Shown here: positions 25,908-35,510 of the stretch, piece after piece | How the letters are laid out: the number at the start of each line of letters is the position of its first letter | Numbering within the stretch: position 1 is the stretch's first letter | The notes under the pieces: generated by a model | Told to the model about the DNA's origin: nothing | What the model saw: only the letters and a program-made list of their open reading frames with translations | The model's database searches: none | Position numbers and translations under genes: made by a program | Source: Sphingomonas sp. | GTDB lineage: Bacteria > Pseudomonadota > Alphaproteobacteria > Sphingomonadales > Sphingomonadaceae | Length of the DNA: 64,000 nt | Reading direction: 5' to 3' | NCBI RefSeq assembly: GCF_019749955.1 | Contig: NZ_JAIEPC010000017.1 | Location: forward strand, 383-64,382

Positions 25908-28900
25908 TCAGAACCGCTGCGTGATGCCGAACTTCGCGTTGAACCCGAGCGGCGATGCCGTGAACGGATCATAGTTGAAGTCGAGCCGCGCAAATGGCGG
26001 CAGCTGATCGAGAATATTGAGCGCCGACAGCGAGATCGTCGTGTTGGTCTTGAGGTTGAGACGATAGGTGAAGTCGAGCGTCGTGAACGCGCCGATATTC
26101 TGTCCGTTGGTCACCGATGCCCCGGCCAGCGCCCCGGTATTGGGACCAAAGATGGCGGCGGTACGCTGATCGCGATAACCGTCGATGTAATTCACCTGGA
26201 ACCGTGCCTGATGCATCCCCAGGTCGCCCTGAAGGAACAAATTGCCCTTCAGCGGCGGCAGCGGATAGGCGCTCGTCTGGAAGTTGAGCAAGCCAACCGC
26301 GTTGAACGCCGGCTGGACGACAACCCCGGCGACGGTGAAGTCGCGGACCCGATAGTCCAGAATATAGGTACCGGTACCGCCGACCACGATTTTGGCCGTG
26401 CCCAGATCGAACTTGTACTGTGCCTGGAAATCGAGGCCCTGAGTCGTCACATTCGCGCTGTTGACCAGGTTGGTGCGCAGACGCTGGACGTTGCCGATCC
26501 CGCAACCGGCGGCCGTGAAGGTAAAGCGCGCCTGCAGTTGGGCAAAGGCCGCATTGCCGCAATTCGCCGCGCCGGTCGCGCCGAACAGGGCGTTGACGAT
26601 CCCTTGCACCGGTTCGGCTTCGATCGGCCCGGTAAGCTCATAGCGCCAGTAATCGACGCTGGCGTTGAAGCCGCCGAAGTTAACGATCACGCCGCCGCTG
26701 TAAGTGGTTGTCGTTTCGGGCCGCAGGTCGTTGTTGCCCAGAATGTCGATCGCGCGGAACGAGCTGCCGATCACCTGGAGCGAGGTCACCTGACCGTCGA
26801 GGTTCTGCGGCGGCGGGCCACGGAAGGTCGTGCCGGCGCCGCCGCGCAACGCCAGCCAGCTCAGCGCCTGCCACCGCACGCGGCCCTGCGGGTTGAAGGT
26901 CGATCCGGTCCGCCCGCCATAGTCTTCGAACCGCGCCGAGAACTGCACGTTCAACGTGTCGGTGACCGGCGCCTGAAGTTCGCCGAAGAACGCATAGACA
27001 TTGCCGTTGATCGTCCGGTTGCGGTTGGTGCCGAGGAACCCCAGCGCGCCGGTCTGCTGCGCGCAGATCGCATTGGCGGTCAGCGCCGAACCGGGGCAGG
27101 GATTGACCGCAAGATTGGCATCGGCGTTGTACCGGATCTCATAGCGATCCGCCCGATATTGGCCGCCGATGGCGAACGAAATCTCGCCACCCGGCAAGCG
27201 AATGCCCGATCGGCCGCTCAGCACAGCGTCCGCCACGATCAATTGGGTGTCGGTGTCGCTGCGGGTGGTGCGGAAGAAGTTATCGATCGTCGCCAGATCG
27301 TTGATGATCCCGGCGCCCGGCGTCAGATTGGCGCCAGCCGGCGCGCGCGTGCCGGCGAAATTGGGGTTGGTCTGCCCCGTCACCGGGTTGCGGGCAACGG
27401 CGGTCGAGAAGGGGTTGAAGTAGGTGCAACCGTTGGTGCCGGCGACCGCGGCCAGTTGGGCCTGTGTCAGTCCCGCGCGCGACTGCGGCGAGGCAAAGGC
27501 GCAATTCGTGCCACCGAATCCAGCCAGCGCATTCTGCAACAGATCACCAAAGGTGTCGGTACCTTCGATCCCGCGACGATAGGCCGAATAGGTGAAGCCC
27601 GCGTCAAATGTCAGCCCGTCGTTGATCTTCAGCGAGGTGTCGGCTGTGAAGCGGATCGATTCCGACTGACGCTGGCTGAAGGCAGAATTGCGATCATTGC
27701 CGGGTTGTGTGAACAACGGGTTGCCGCCCAGCAGGAACGGCCGGAACAAGACCGGGAAAGCCAGCGCAGGCGCAAGCGGCGCCCCGGCGGCGTTGACGAC
27801 GCAGCCCGATGCAGCACCGTAGACCCCGCAATAGTCACGCAGCGCCGGCGCATAGGTCGGAATCGCGAAGAAGCCAGCCCCCGCCGCCTGCGCGGTCGTG
27901 GTGATGCCTGCTGCCGGTACGGTGGTGAGCGGCGATGCGGCATAGCCCGATGGCGGCAGCGTCGGCAGATAGCTCGGCGACGTGGTGATTCGTGTCGACG
28001 ACGTGCCATACAGCGCGGTCACGCGGAACGTCAGCTTGTCGGTGATGTCGATCTTGGATTCGACATAGGCCTGAATGCGATCTTCGGGTTCGACGAGATT
28101 GTCGAACTGCCCGAAATTAGTGAAGCAGCGATCGGTGGTCGACCCCGGCAAGCTGCGGAAACCGCCCAGCGCTTCGCAGCCGAGGTCGCGCACGAAATTG
28201 CCCGTGCCACCGAAGCCAAAGTTGCCGGGATTGCCGCCGCCTGAATAACCGCCCTGCGGGTTGTTCGGATAGGGCTGGACCGTGAACGGACGGGCCGTGG
28301 TGCGCAGTTCCGACCGATGCTGGTAACCGATCGATGCGAGCACCTGGAAGCCATCCTTGTGATGGCCAAAGCTCAGCGCGCCGGTATAATCGCCGTCCGA
28401 CCCGCGGATGTAGCGATAGTCGCCCGATGCCTGGAAACCCTGTTGTTCTGACCGGGTGATGAAATTGACCACGCCCGCGATGGCGTCCGAACCATAGGTC
28501 GCCGCCGCGCCGTCCTTCAGGATTTCGATCCGCCCGATCGCGCTTTGCGGCAACAGGTTGATGTCGACGACCGGGACCCCGGTGCCGGCAAACACGACGC
28601 GTTTCCCGTTCAGCAGCACCAGCGTGCGCTGCGGCCCAAGCCCGCGCAGGTTGACCGACGCAACACCTTCAGACCCTTGCGCGCGAGCATCGAACTGGTT
28701 GGCGTCCCCGATCACGCCATTCGAGGTCGGCAAATTCTTGAGCAGATCGAGTGCAGAGGGCGACCCCTGCCGCGCCAGTTCCTCGCCCGTAATGACATCG
28801 ACCGGCAGCGCTGCGTCCTCGGGCGTACCCCGGATCAGCGACCCCGTGACCACCACTTCTGGAATGGGCTCTTCGGTTTCCTGGGTCGTGGTCGGGGCAG

Positions 28901-28985
28901 GCGCGGTCTGTGCATAGGCGGGCATCGCAAGCGCGATTGCCAGGACGGGCGCTGCACAGGCGGCGAGCAGGGTGATTTTCGGCAT
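25908..28985 (-). CDS. TonB-dependent receptor (large, non-siderophore type)
   Basis: I chose the ATG at 28985. The signal peptide is MPKITLLAACAAPVLAIALAMPAYA-Q. The plug-start/TonB-box-like segment is EVVVTGSLIRG and the protein ends in a C-terminal aromatic residue (...GITQRF). Confidence 0.9.
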   Translation of the reverse strand: MPKITLLAACAAPVLAIALAMPAYAQTAPAPTTTQETEEPIPEVVVTGSLIRGTPEDAALPVDVITGEELARQGSPSALDLLKNLPTSNGVIGDANQFDARAQGSEGVASVNLRGLGPQRTLVLLNGKRVVFAGTGVPVVDINLLPQSAIGRIEILKDGAAATYGSDAIAGVVNFITRSEQQGFQASGDYRYIRGSDGDYTGALSFGHHKDGFQVLASIGYQHRSELRTTARPFTVQPYPNNPQGGYSGGGNPGNFGFGGTGNFVRDLGCEALGGFRSLPGSTTDRCFTNFGQFDNLVEPEDRIQAYVESKIDITDKLTFRVTALYGTSSTRITTSPSYLPTLPPSGYAASPLTTVPAAGITTTAQAAGAGFFAIPTYAPALRDYCGVYGAASGCVVNAAGAPLAPALAFPVLFRPFLLGGNPLFTQPGNDRNSAFSQRQSESIRFTADTSLKINDGLTFDAGFTYSAYRRGIEGTDTFGDLLQNALAGFGGTNCAFASPQSRAGLTQAQLAAVAGTNGCTYFNPFSTAVARNPVTGQTNPNFAGTRAPAGANLTPGAGIINDLATIDNFFRTTRSDTDTQLIVADAVLSGRSGIRLPGGEISFAIGGQYRADRYEIRYNADANLAVNPCPGSALTANAICAQQTGALGFLGTNRNRTINGNVYAFFGELQAPVTDTLNVQFSARFEDYGGRTGSTFNPQGRVRWQALSWLALRGGAGTTFRGPPPQNLDGQVTSLQVIGSSFRAIDILGNNDLRPETTTTYSGGVIVNFGGFNASVDYWRYELTGPIEAEPVQGIVNALFGATGAANCGNAAFAQLQARFTFTAAGCGIGNVQRLRTNLVNSANVTTQGLDFQAQYKFDLGTAKIVVGGTGTYILDYRVRDFTVAGVVVQPAFNAVGLLNFQTSAYPLPPLKGNLFLQGDLGMHQARFQVNYIDGYRDQRTAAIFGPNTGALAGASVTNGQNIGAFTTLDFTYRLNLKTNTTISLSALNILDQLPPFARLDFNYDPFTASPLGFNAKFGITQRF

Positions 28986-29240
28986 GTCTCTCTCCCAGAA
29001 GGTCGGGCTTCTTGCGCTTCCCGTACCGTAAACTCGAATAGACATAGCCACGCTCACGTCGTCAAGCGAAACTAACGTTGCGGAATGCTATCTTTCCGGG
29101 CGCTGTTGCACAAAGGTCATAGCGCTGGGCCGGACGGGAGCAACCAACCCGCATCTTTGAAACCGGCCATTCGCGGCCAAGGCGCGCGCGATCACCGCCC
29201 CGACGTCAATCGGGGCGGTCTCGGTCGCCGGGTTGCGGTA

Positions 29241-30305
29241 TCAGTAGCCGTTCAGGCGTGCAAAGCGTTCGCGGTGATAGGACGCGCTACCCCACATTGT
29301 TTCCAGCACGGCGGCGCGCTTGATGTAGAAGCCCGCATCATATTCGTCGGTCATGCCGATGCCGCCGTGGAGCTGCACCATCTCGCGGCTGACGAGGCGC
29401 GAGGTTTCGCTCGCGACCGCCTTCGCAAGGCACACCGCCTGATCGACATCCGACCGCCCGCTGTCGATCGCCTCAAGCGCACCCTCAACCACCGAACGCA
29501 TCAGCTCGAGCTCGGTGAACATCTTGGCCATACGGTGCTGGAGCGCCTGGAAGGTCGACAGCACTTGGCCGAACTGGACGCGGGTCTTCAGGTAATCGTT
29601 CGTCGTCTCGAACGCCCGCACCGCCAGGCCGAGCATTTCGGCGCAGCTCGCGGCCGTCGCGCGGTCGATGATCGCTTGCGTACCCACGTCGAGCTTGGTC
29701 GCGGGCGCGGCGTTGAAGGCGACTTCGGCATGGCTGCGCGCATCGGCCATTTTGCGCGTCGAGCGCGTCACGCCGCCCGCGGCGGCATCGACCAGGTACA
29801 GCCCATCGGTTGCCGACACGATGAACAGTCCGGCGCTGTCGCCTTCGGCGACAAACGCCTTGGTCCCGCTGAGCTTGCCGTCGGTGACGCTGGTCGTGAC
29901 CTTGGTGGGATCATGGTTGGGGCCTTCGTCGATCGCGAGCGTGGCGACCACTTCACCCGTTGCGATCTTTGGCAACCATTTGGCCTTGTCGTCAGCCGAT
30001 CCGCCCAGCACGATCGCGCTCGCCGCCGCCGAGGTCGACGCGAGCGGCGACGCCGCCAGATTGCGCCCCAACTGTTCGAGCACCAGCCCGAGCGAGAGAT
30101 AGCCAAACGCTGTCCCGCCGAATTCCTCGGGGATCACGATCCCGGCGAGGCCCATTTCGGCCATCGTCGCCCATGCCGTGGGGTCATAGCCTTCCGCGGG
30201 CGCGGCGTTGCGCATCTGGCGGAACGCGGTGACAGGCGACTCATTGTCCGCCCATTCGCGCACCATGTCGCGCAGCATCGTTTGTTCGTCGTTCAGTGCA
30301 GCCAT
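29241..30305 (-). CDS. acyl-CoA dehydrogenase family protein, beta-type partner
   Basis: ACAD fold with GIGMTDEYDAGFY. The C-terminus WGSASYH replaces the GGTxEIQ motif. It is a paralogue of the gene at 13130-14257. Confidence 0.85.
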   Translation of the reverse strand: MAALNDEQTMLRDMVREWADNESPVTAFRQMRNAAPAEGYDPTAWATMAEMGLAGIVIPEEFGGTAFGYLSLGLVLEQLGRNLAASPLASTSAAASAIVLGGSADDKAKWLPKIATGEVVATLAIDEGPNHDPTKVTTSVTDGKLSGTKAFVAEGDSAGLFIVSATDGLYLVDAAAGGVTRSTRKMADARSHAEVAFNAAPATKLDVGTQAIIDRATAASCAEMLGLAVRAFETTNDYLKTRVQFGQVLSTFQALQHRMAKMFTELELMRSVVEGALEAIDSGRSDVDQAVCLAKAVASETSRLVSREMVQLHGGIGMTDEYDAGFYIKRAAVLETMWGSASYHRERFARLNGY

Positions 30306-30383
30306 GAAATGTCGTCCTGTCCTTGCAGCGCGCCGATCGCGCCCCGAGCAAAAGCCGGGGCAGCGATGGCTGTCAGCGCATTA

Positions 30384-31601
30384 TCATTGGTGATCGAGCA
30401 TCCCGAGGATGCGCTTGGCGATCACATTATTCTGGATTTCGGTCGAGCCGCCATAGATCGACACCGCCTTGCCCCACAGCCAAGTGCGGGTTTGCGTCAG
30501 CTCGGCCTCGCTGAAGCCCTCGCCTTCCCAGCCGAGCCCGGCCATGCCCATGATTTCGACCGACAGCTCGGCGCGGTCCTGCGTCAGGCGCGCACCGACA
30601 TTCTTCATGATGCTGGTCGCCGCCGACGGCCCCTGGTTCGACTTGGCTTCCATCGCCGCGCGGCGCAGCGTCAGCATGAACGCGCGCTGGTCCATCTCGT
30701 GGCGGACGATCCGCATGCGCAGGTCGCTGTCGGCGACCTTGCCGTCATCGTTCGCGCCGCGATATTCCTTGGCGAGCTGGCTGAGCGCCTTGCCGGCAAA
30801 CATCCGCGCCGCGCCACTGCCGCCCGAGAGCGAATTGCGCTCGTGCTGGAGCAGGCGCGTGCCGATCGCCCAGCCCTGCCCTTCCTGCCCGACCAGATTG
30901 CCCTTGGGCACCTTCACATTGGTGAAGAAGGTTTCGCAGAACGGCGACTGGCCGCTGATCATCCGGATCGGCTTCACTTCGACACCGGGCGAGGTCATGC
31001 CGATCAGCAGGAAGCTGATGCCGGCATGCTTCTGGCTCTTGTCGGTGCGGACCAGCGCGAAACATTTGTCGGCCCATTGCCCGCCTGAGGTCCAGGTCTT
31101 CTGGCCGTTGACGACATAATGGTCGCCCATATCCTCGGCAAAGGTCTGAAGGCTCGCAAGATCCGACCCCGCACCCGGCTCCGAATAGCCCTGGCACCAG
31201 CGCACTTCGTTCTTCGCGATCGCCGGGATGTGCTCGAGCTTCTGCGCCTCGCTGCCATATTCGAGCAGGGTCGGGCCGAACATCATCACGCCCATGCCGC
31301 CAATCGGGTTCCACGCGCCGATCCGGCCCATTTCCTCCTGCAACACGCGCACCTGATGCCGGTCGAGGCCGCCGCCGCCATAAGCGGCAGGCCAGCTCGG
31401 CACGCCCCAGCCCTTTTCGCCCATCGCCTTGGTCCAGGCGGTTTCGTCCTCGGTCGGGTCATGCGGCCCTTCGAGCGCCGACAGCGAATTGTCTTTGCCC
31501 TTCAGCGAAGCCGGGAAATTCGCCGCGAGCCAGGCGCGCGCCTCGGCACGGAAATCATCGAGCGCATTTGCTGGGGCCGTATCGAGTGCCGCTTGCATCA
31601 T
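30384..31601 (-). CDS. acyl-CoA dehydrogenase, alpha-type member of a two-gene pair
   Basis: WCQGYSEPGAGSD and a C-terminal IYGGSTEIQNNVIAKRIL. It is a paralogue of the gene at 11794-12975. Confidence 0.88.
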   Translation of the reverse strand: MMQAALDTAPANALDDFRAEARAWLAANFPASLKGKDNSLSALEGPHDPTEDETAWTKAMGEKGWGVPSWPAAYGGGGLDRHQVRVLQEEMGRIGAWNPIGGMGVMMFGPTLLEYGSEAQKLEHIPAIAKNEVRWCQGYSEPGAGSDLASLQTFAEDMGDHYVVNGQKTWTSGGQWADKCFALVRTDKSQKHAGISFLLIGMTSPGVEVKPIRMISGQSPFCETFFTNVKVPKGNLVGQEGQGWAIGTRLLQHERNSLSGGSGAARMFAGKALSQLAKEYRGANDDGKVADSDLRMRIVRHEMDQRAFMLTLRRAAMEAKSNQGPSAATSIMKNVGARLTQDRAELSVEIMGMAGLGWEGEGFSEAELTQTRTWLWGKAVSIYGGSTEIQNNVIAKRILGMLDHQ

Positions 31602-31685
31602 TCCACTCCCAAATGTCGAATCTGAAGATCGGGTATGGTCGCGGGGTCTGACACAGAAACGCCGCCAAGCAAAGGGGGCTTTAGG

Positions 31686-32576
31686 TCAGGGTGCCTCGGC
31701 AATCGCTGCTGCAAGGTAATCGGCAATCGCCCGCGCGGCAGGCGACGCCGCCCGACCACCGGGGAAGACGGCATGCAATTCGACGCTGTCCATCGCCCAG
31801 TCGGCGAGTATTTGTCGCAGCCGTCCATCTGCCAGCTCGGCGCGACATCCCCATAGGGAAGCGCGGGCAATCCCCATCCCGGCGACCGCCGCCGCCATTG
31901 CGCCCTCATTGGCTGCCGCCGACAGCCGCCCGTCGACACGCACCGACAGCCGCCGGGACTCACGGACAAACGACCAATGCTGTTCGGGATCGGCAACAGG
32001 GCCGATGATGACCGCATGGTTCGCAAGCTCGGCTGGCGTTTGGGGTGTCCCTGCCCGTGCCAGATAATCGGGCGCCGCCACCAGCACCCGTGGTGCCGTC
32101 GCCAGTTTACGCGCAACCGCCGTCGAATCCGCCAGCGGACCGAGGCGAAAGGCGATGTCCACACCTTCGACCACCAGATTCTGACGCTCGTCGCTGATCT
32201 GGAGATTAATGCGCAGCGCCGGATGGCGGGCCATGAAAGCAGGCAGCCGAGGAATCACCTCTCGCACGCCAAAGCTCGACGATATCGCGACCTGCAACGT
32301 GCCGCGCAGCTCCCCGGTGCCGCGCGCGATATGATCGGCCTCGTCGAGCGACGCCAGCAGCGGCTCGATCCGCGCGAGATAATCGGCGCCCGCCTCGGTC
32401 AGCGTCACGGCACGTGTGGTCCGGATGAACAAGGTCGCGCCAATCTCGCGCTCGAGCTCGGCGATGATCCGCGATGCTGATGGCTGCGACAGCCCGCGCT
32501 CGCGCCCGCCACGCGAAAAGCTGCCGAGCCGCGCGACGCGCTGGAAAAGCCGGAGTGCCTGAAGCCGATCTTTCAT
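31686..32576 (-). CDS. LysR family transcriptional regulator
   Basis: The N-terminal wHTH is LRLFQRVARLGSFSRGGRERGLSQPSASRIIAELE. 296 aa, divergent from the dehydrogenase gene. Confidence 0.9.
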   Translation of the reverse strand: MKDRLQALRLFQRVARLGSFSRGGRERGLSQPSASRIIAELEREIGATLFIRTTRAVTLTEAGADYLARIEPLLASLDEADHIARGTGELRGTLQVAISSSFGVREVIPRLPAFMARHPALRINLQISDERQNLVVEGVDIAFRLGPLADSTAVARKLATAPRVLVAAPDYLARAGTPQTPAELANHAVIIGPVADPEQHWSFVRESRRLSVRVDGRLSAAANEGAMAAAVAGMGIARASLWGCRAELADGRLRQILADWAMDSVELHAVFPGGRAASPAARAIADYLAAAIAEAP

Positions 32577-32705
32577 TTGATCAGCGGATATATCATAGTT
32601 GAAGTGAGATACTACCGCTCATGTTTCGAATGATAGAGAAACGGCATGCGTGATCGGGCACTCCTGATGATCGGCCCAACCAACCTCATTCGACTGGATA
32701 TCTGC

Positions 32706-33563
32706 ATGACCAAAATCGCCTTTCTCGGGCTTGGCGCGATGGGATCGCGCATGGCGCGCCGCTTGCTCGACGCAGGACACGAGCTGACCCTCTGGAACCG
32801 CACCGCGCCCGACGCCGCCAATTGGGCTGGCGCAAGAATTGCGACCACGCCCCGCGATGCTGCAAGTGGCGCGGAGGTCGTGATCGCGATGGTACGCGAC
32901 GACGCGGCGGCTGCCGATGTGTGGTTGCATTCAGAGTCCGGCGCGCTGGCCGGGATGCACGCAGGCACGCTCGCGATCGAGTGTTCAACGGTGAGCGCCG
33001 ATTGGGCGCGGACGCTGCATGCGGCCTGCGCGGCAGCGGGAGTAGAGTGTCTCGACGCGCCGGTCGTCGGGTCGCGCCCCCAAGCCGAAGCCTGCGCGCT
33101 GATCTTTCTCGTCGGTGGCGCTGAGGCGCCCGTCGGTCGCGCGGAGCCAGTGCTGTCCGCTATGGGCAGCGCCGCACACCACTGCGGCGGGCCGGGATCG
33201 GGCTCGGCGACCAAGCTGCTCATCAACGCGCTGTTCGGCATTCAGGTAACGGCGATTGCCGAGTTGCTGGGGCTCGCCGCCGCCCAAGGGCTCGATCTCA
33301 CGCGCATTGCGGCGATTATTGGCGAAACGCCCGTCGCAAGCCCCGCGCTCAAGGGCGCAATGGGCGGCATGCTTGCCGGGGCCTTCGCACCGATGTTCCC
33401 GATCGATCTTGTCGCGAAGGATTTTGCGCTCGCCCACAATGTCGGTCTGCGACTTCGCGCCCGCACGCCGATGGCCGATACTGCCGCAACGGTGTTCGAC
33501 GACGCACTGGCAGCGGGCTTGGGTTTCGAAAATCTGACCGCCGTCGCAAAACTCTATCAATAA
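32706..33563 (+). CDS. NAD(P)-dependent oxidoreductase, 3-hydroxyisobutyrate dehydrogenase-like
   Basis: I chose the ATG at 32706. The Rossmann motif is IAFLGLGAMGSRMA, with an HIBADH-family layout. Confidence 0.85.
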   Translation: MTKIAFLGLGAMGSRMARRLLDAGHELTLWNRTAPDAANWAGARIATTPRDAASGAEVVIAMVRDDAAAADVWLHSESGALAGMHAGTLAIECSTVSADWARTLHAACAAAGVECLDAPVVGSRPQAEACALIFLVGGAEAPVGRAEPVLSAMGSAAHHCGGPGSGSATKLLINALFGIQVTAIAELLGLAAAQGLDLTRIAAIIGETPVASPALKGAMGGMLAGAFAPMFPIDLVAKDFALAHNVGLRLRARTPMADTAATVFDDALAAGLGFENLTAVAKLYQ

Positions 33564-33586
33564 CGGTTGAACGGGAGGTGATCGCC

Positions 33587-33616
33587 GCACCGTCGCTATG
33601 GTACCGGCGACGGTGC
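33587..33616 (+). terminator. stem-loop after the dehydrogenase gene (possible terminator)
   Basis: GCACCGTCGC-N10-GCGACGGTGC forms a 10-bp stem 24 nt after the stop. The T-run (CCTTTT) appears only about 17 nt later. Confidence 0.45.
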
Positions 33617-33783
33617 TGATCGTTCGCACTCCTTTTCGGTGTCATCCCGTCCACCCAGTCGACGAGCTGGCAAAGCGCTAAAATTTCGCCTTTTTCTTGC
33701 CCGAAACATTGGTGAGCAAAGATCGGCGTTTGCGCGTCCTCCGCCACTCAAACGATTGGCGCCGCAAGCGGGGAGACCGGGCC

Positions 33784-35319
33784 GTGCAACGACGTCATCT
33801 GGCCATCGCCCTCGGGCTGTTCATCGGCGCCACCCTCCCAATTGCAGCGCTCGCGTTGCCCGCCAACGCGCAGCCGCCCGGCGCCACCCGACCCCCTCGG
33901 CAGGCGCACCCGGCGCCCAAATCAGTCAACGACTGGCGCCCCGTGGTCGAAGGGCGGCTGAAAAACGGCCTGCGCTATGCCATCCTGCCGCGCCGCGCGA
34001 ACGAGCCCGGCCTTGGCCTGTTGATGCGCGTCAAGGGCGGCTTCATCGCCGAACAGCGCCCGGGCGAGCGCGGCCTCGCGCATCTGATCGAGCATCTTGC
34101 CTTTGCCAGCCCGACCAAAGCCGCGCCTTACCAGGTTTACCGGTTTCCCAATATCGGCCTGCCGTTGACCTTCTCCGCACCCACGGCGGGGACGACGACG
34201 TGGGAAGAGAGCAATTACTTCGTGTCGACCCGCGCCACCAAGCTCGCCGATCTCGACACCTTGTTGTCGCTGTTTCGTGAAGTCGCGGGCGACATGACGT
34301 TGCGCGCCGACGCGGTCGCTGAACAACGCGCCGACGTGCTGCGCGAAATGGGCGAGAAGCGGTACGGCAATGAGATTTACGCGGGCTATGTCGCCGCGTT
34401 CGCGCCGGGATCGCCCACCGACGTGATCGATGCGCAGAATTCAGACGATGTACCGACCGCGAGCATCGACACGATCCGCGCGCTCTATCACCGGCTGTAT
34501 CGCCCCGAACGGATGATGATCGTCGTCGTCGGCAACGTCGATCCGGCGAAGGCGACCGCGCTGATCCGCCAGCGCTTCGAGAACTGGCAAGGTACCGGCC
34601 CCGCGCCTGTATGGCCGCCGATCCCGGGCGTGAAGCCCGATCGCATCAGTCCGCTCAGCTATTCGGCCCGGCAGGACGGCCGCATGGTGGCGTTGACCGG
34701 CGTCACCTTTGCGATTCCGGCTCCGGCAGCAACACGAAGCCTGCAAATCGAAACGACGCTGATGAACATGGTCTTCATCCGCGCGGTCACTGATCGGCTC
34801 AGGCTGACCCAGCCCGACAGTCAGCCGGGGAAAACCGGCGCCTTCATCGAGAATGGCGAAAATGGCTATGGCCTGATCCTGCTGTGGGACAATCTGGCCG
34901 CCGATCATTGGCGATCGGGCCTCGCCACGCTGAAGAAGACGACCTGCGACTTGCAGACGCAAGGATTGTCCGACGCCGAATGGGCAGCGGCCCGAAAGAC
35001 TGTCATCGGCGAACTCGAACAGCGATCTGCCGCGATGGCGGGCGTGCCGAATGTCGAGCTTGCCAAGGATCTTTCGCACGCGCTCGCGGCGGGACGGGCG
35101 CTGGTGCCGCCGAATGAACTGCTGCGCCATGCCCGCGCCTGGTTCCCGACCGTCGACGCCGCTGCCGGCAATCGCTGGTGGCGCGAAAAATGGCGCGCGG
35201 GCGTCGAACACGTCCGGTTGGAAACGCCCGAACTCGCGCAAATCAACGACCCGCAGGCGGAAATTCGCACGCTGCTCGATGACGCCGTCGGCCAAAATCC
35301 GGGCTGCAAGCTGCGCTGA
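33784..35319 (+). CDS. M16 (pitrilysin/insulinase) family zinc peptidase, secreted
   Basis: The HxxEH zinc motif is HLIEH, within GLAHLIEHLAF. The signal peptide is VQRRHLAIALGLFIGATLPIAALALPANA-Q. I chose the GTG at 33784 after GGAGA; the track ORF begins at TTG 33697. Confidence 0.8.
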   Translation: MQRRHLAIALGLFIGATLPIAALALPANAQPPGATRPPRQAHPAPKSVNDWRPVVEGRLKNGLRYAILPRRANEPGLGLLMRVKGGFIAEQRPGERGLAHLIEHLAFASPTKAAPYQVYRFPNIGLPLTFSAPTAGTTTWEESNYFVSTRATKLADLDTLLSLFREVAGDMTLRADAVAEQRADVLREMGEKRYGNEIYAGYVAAFAPGSPTDVIDAQNSDDVPTASIDTIRALYHRLYRPERMMIVVVGNVDPAKATALIRQRFENWQGTGPAPVWPPIPGVKPDRISPLSYSARQDGRMVALTGVTFAIPAPAATRSLQIETTLMNMVFIRAVTDRLRLTQPDSQPGKTGAFIENGENGYGLILLWDNLAADHWRSGLATLKKTTCDLQTQGLSDAEWAAARKTVIGELEQRSAAMAGVPNVELAKDLSHALAAGRALVPPNELLRHARAWFPTVDAAAGNRWWREKWRAGVEHVRLETPELAQINDPQAEIRTLLDDAVGQNPGCKLR

Positions 35320-35510
35320 TCCTGGTTTAGCCTCGCGGTGTAGAGTCGGCGGGCATATCGATCACGAAGGGCTGGCAAAGTTGGATTTACGCAGCTATGT
35401 TCTTTTTTCGTTCCAATTGAGTCGTGCCAGATGCTGCGGCACCCCCCTAGGATGGTCGTGACTTTTGACACCTTTCGCGGGCATCAAGGGGACGGAAAAG
35501 GGGGCAAGGC

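Noticed and set aside
25179-28244. A 1021-aa plus-strand ORF, antisense to the TonB-dependent receptor gene. The 667-aa ORF at 29085-31088, antisense to the ACAD pair, is similar.
   Set aside because: These are low-complexity R/A/G/D-rich translations without motifs. They are fully shadowed by well-supported genes on the other strand and are a GC-skewed codon artefact.
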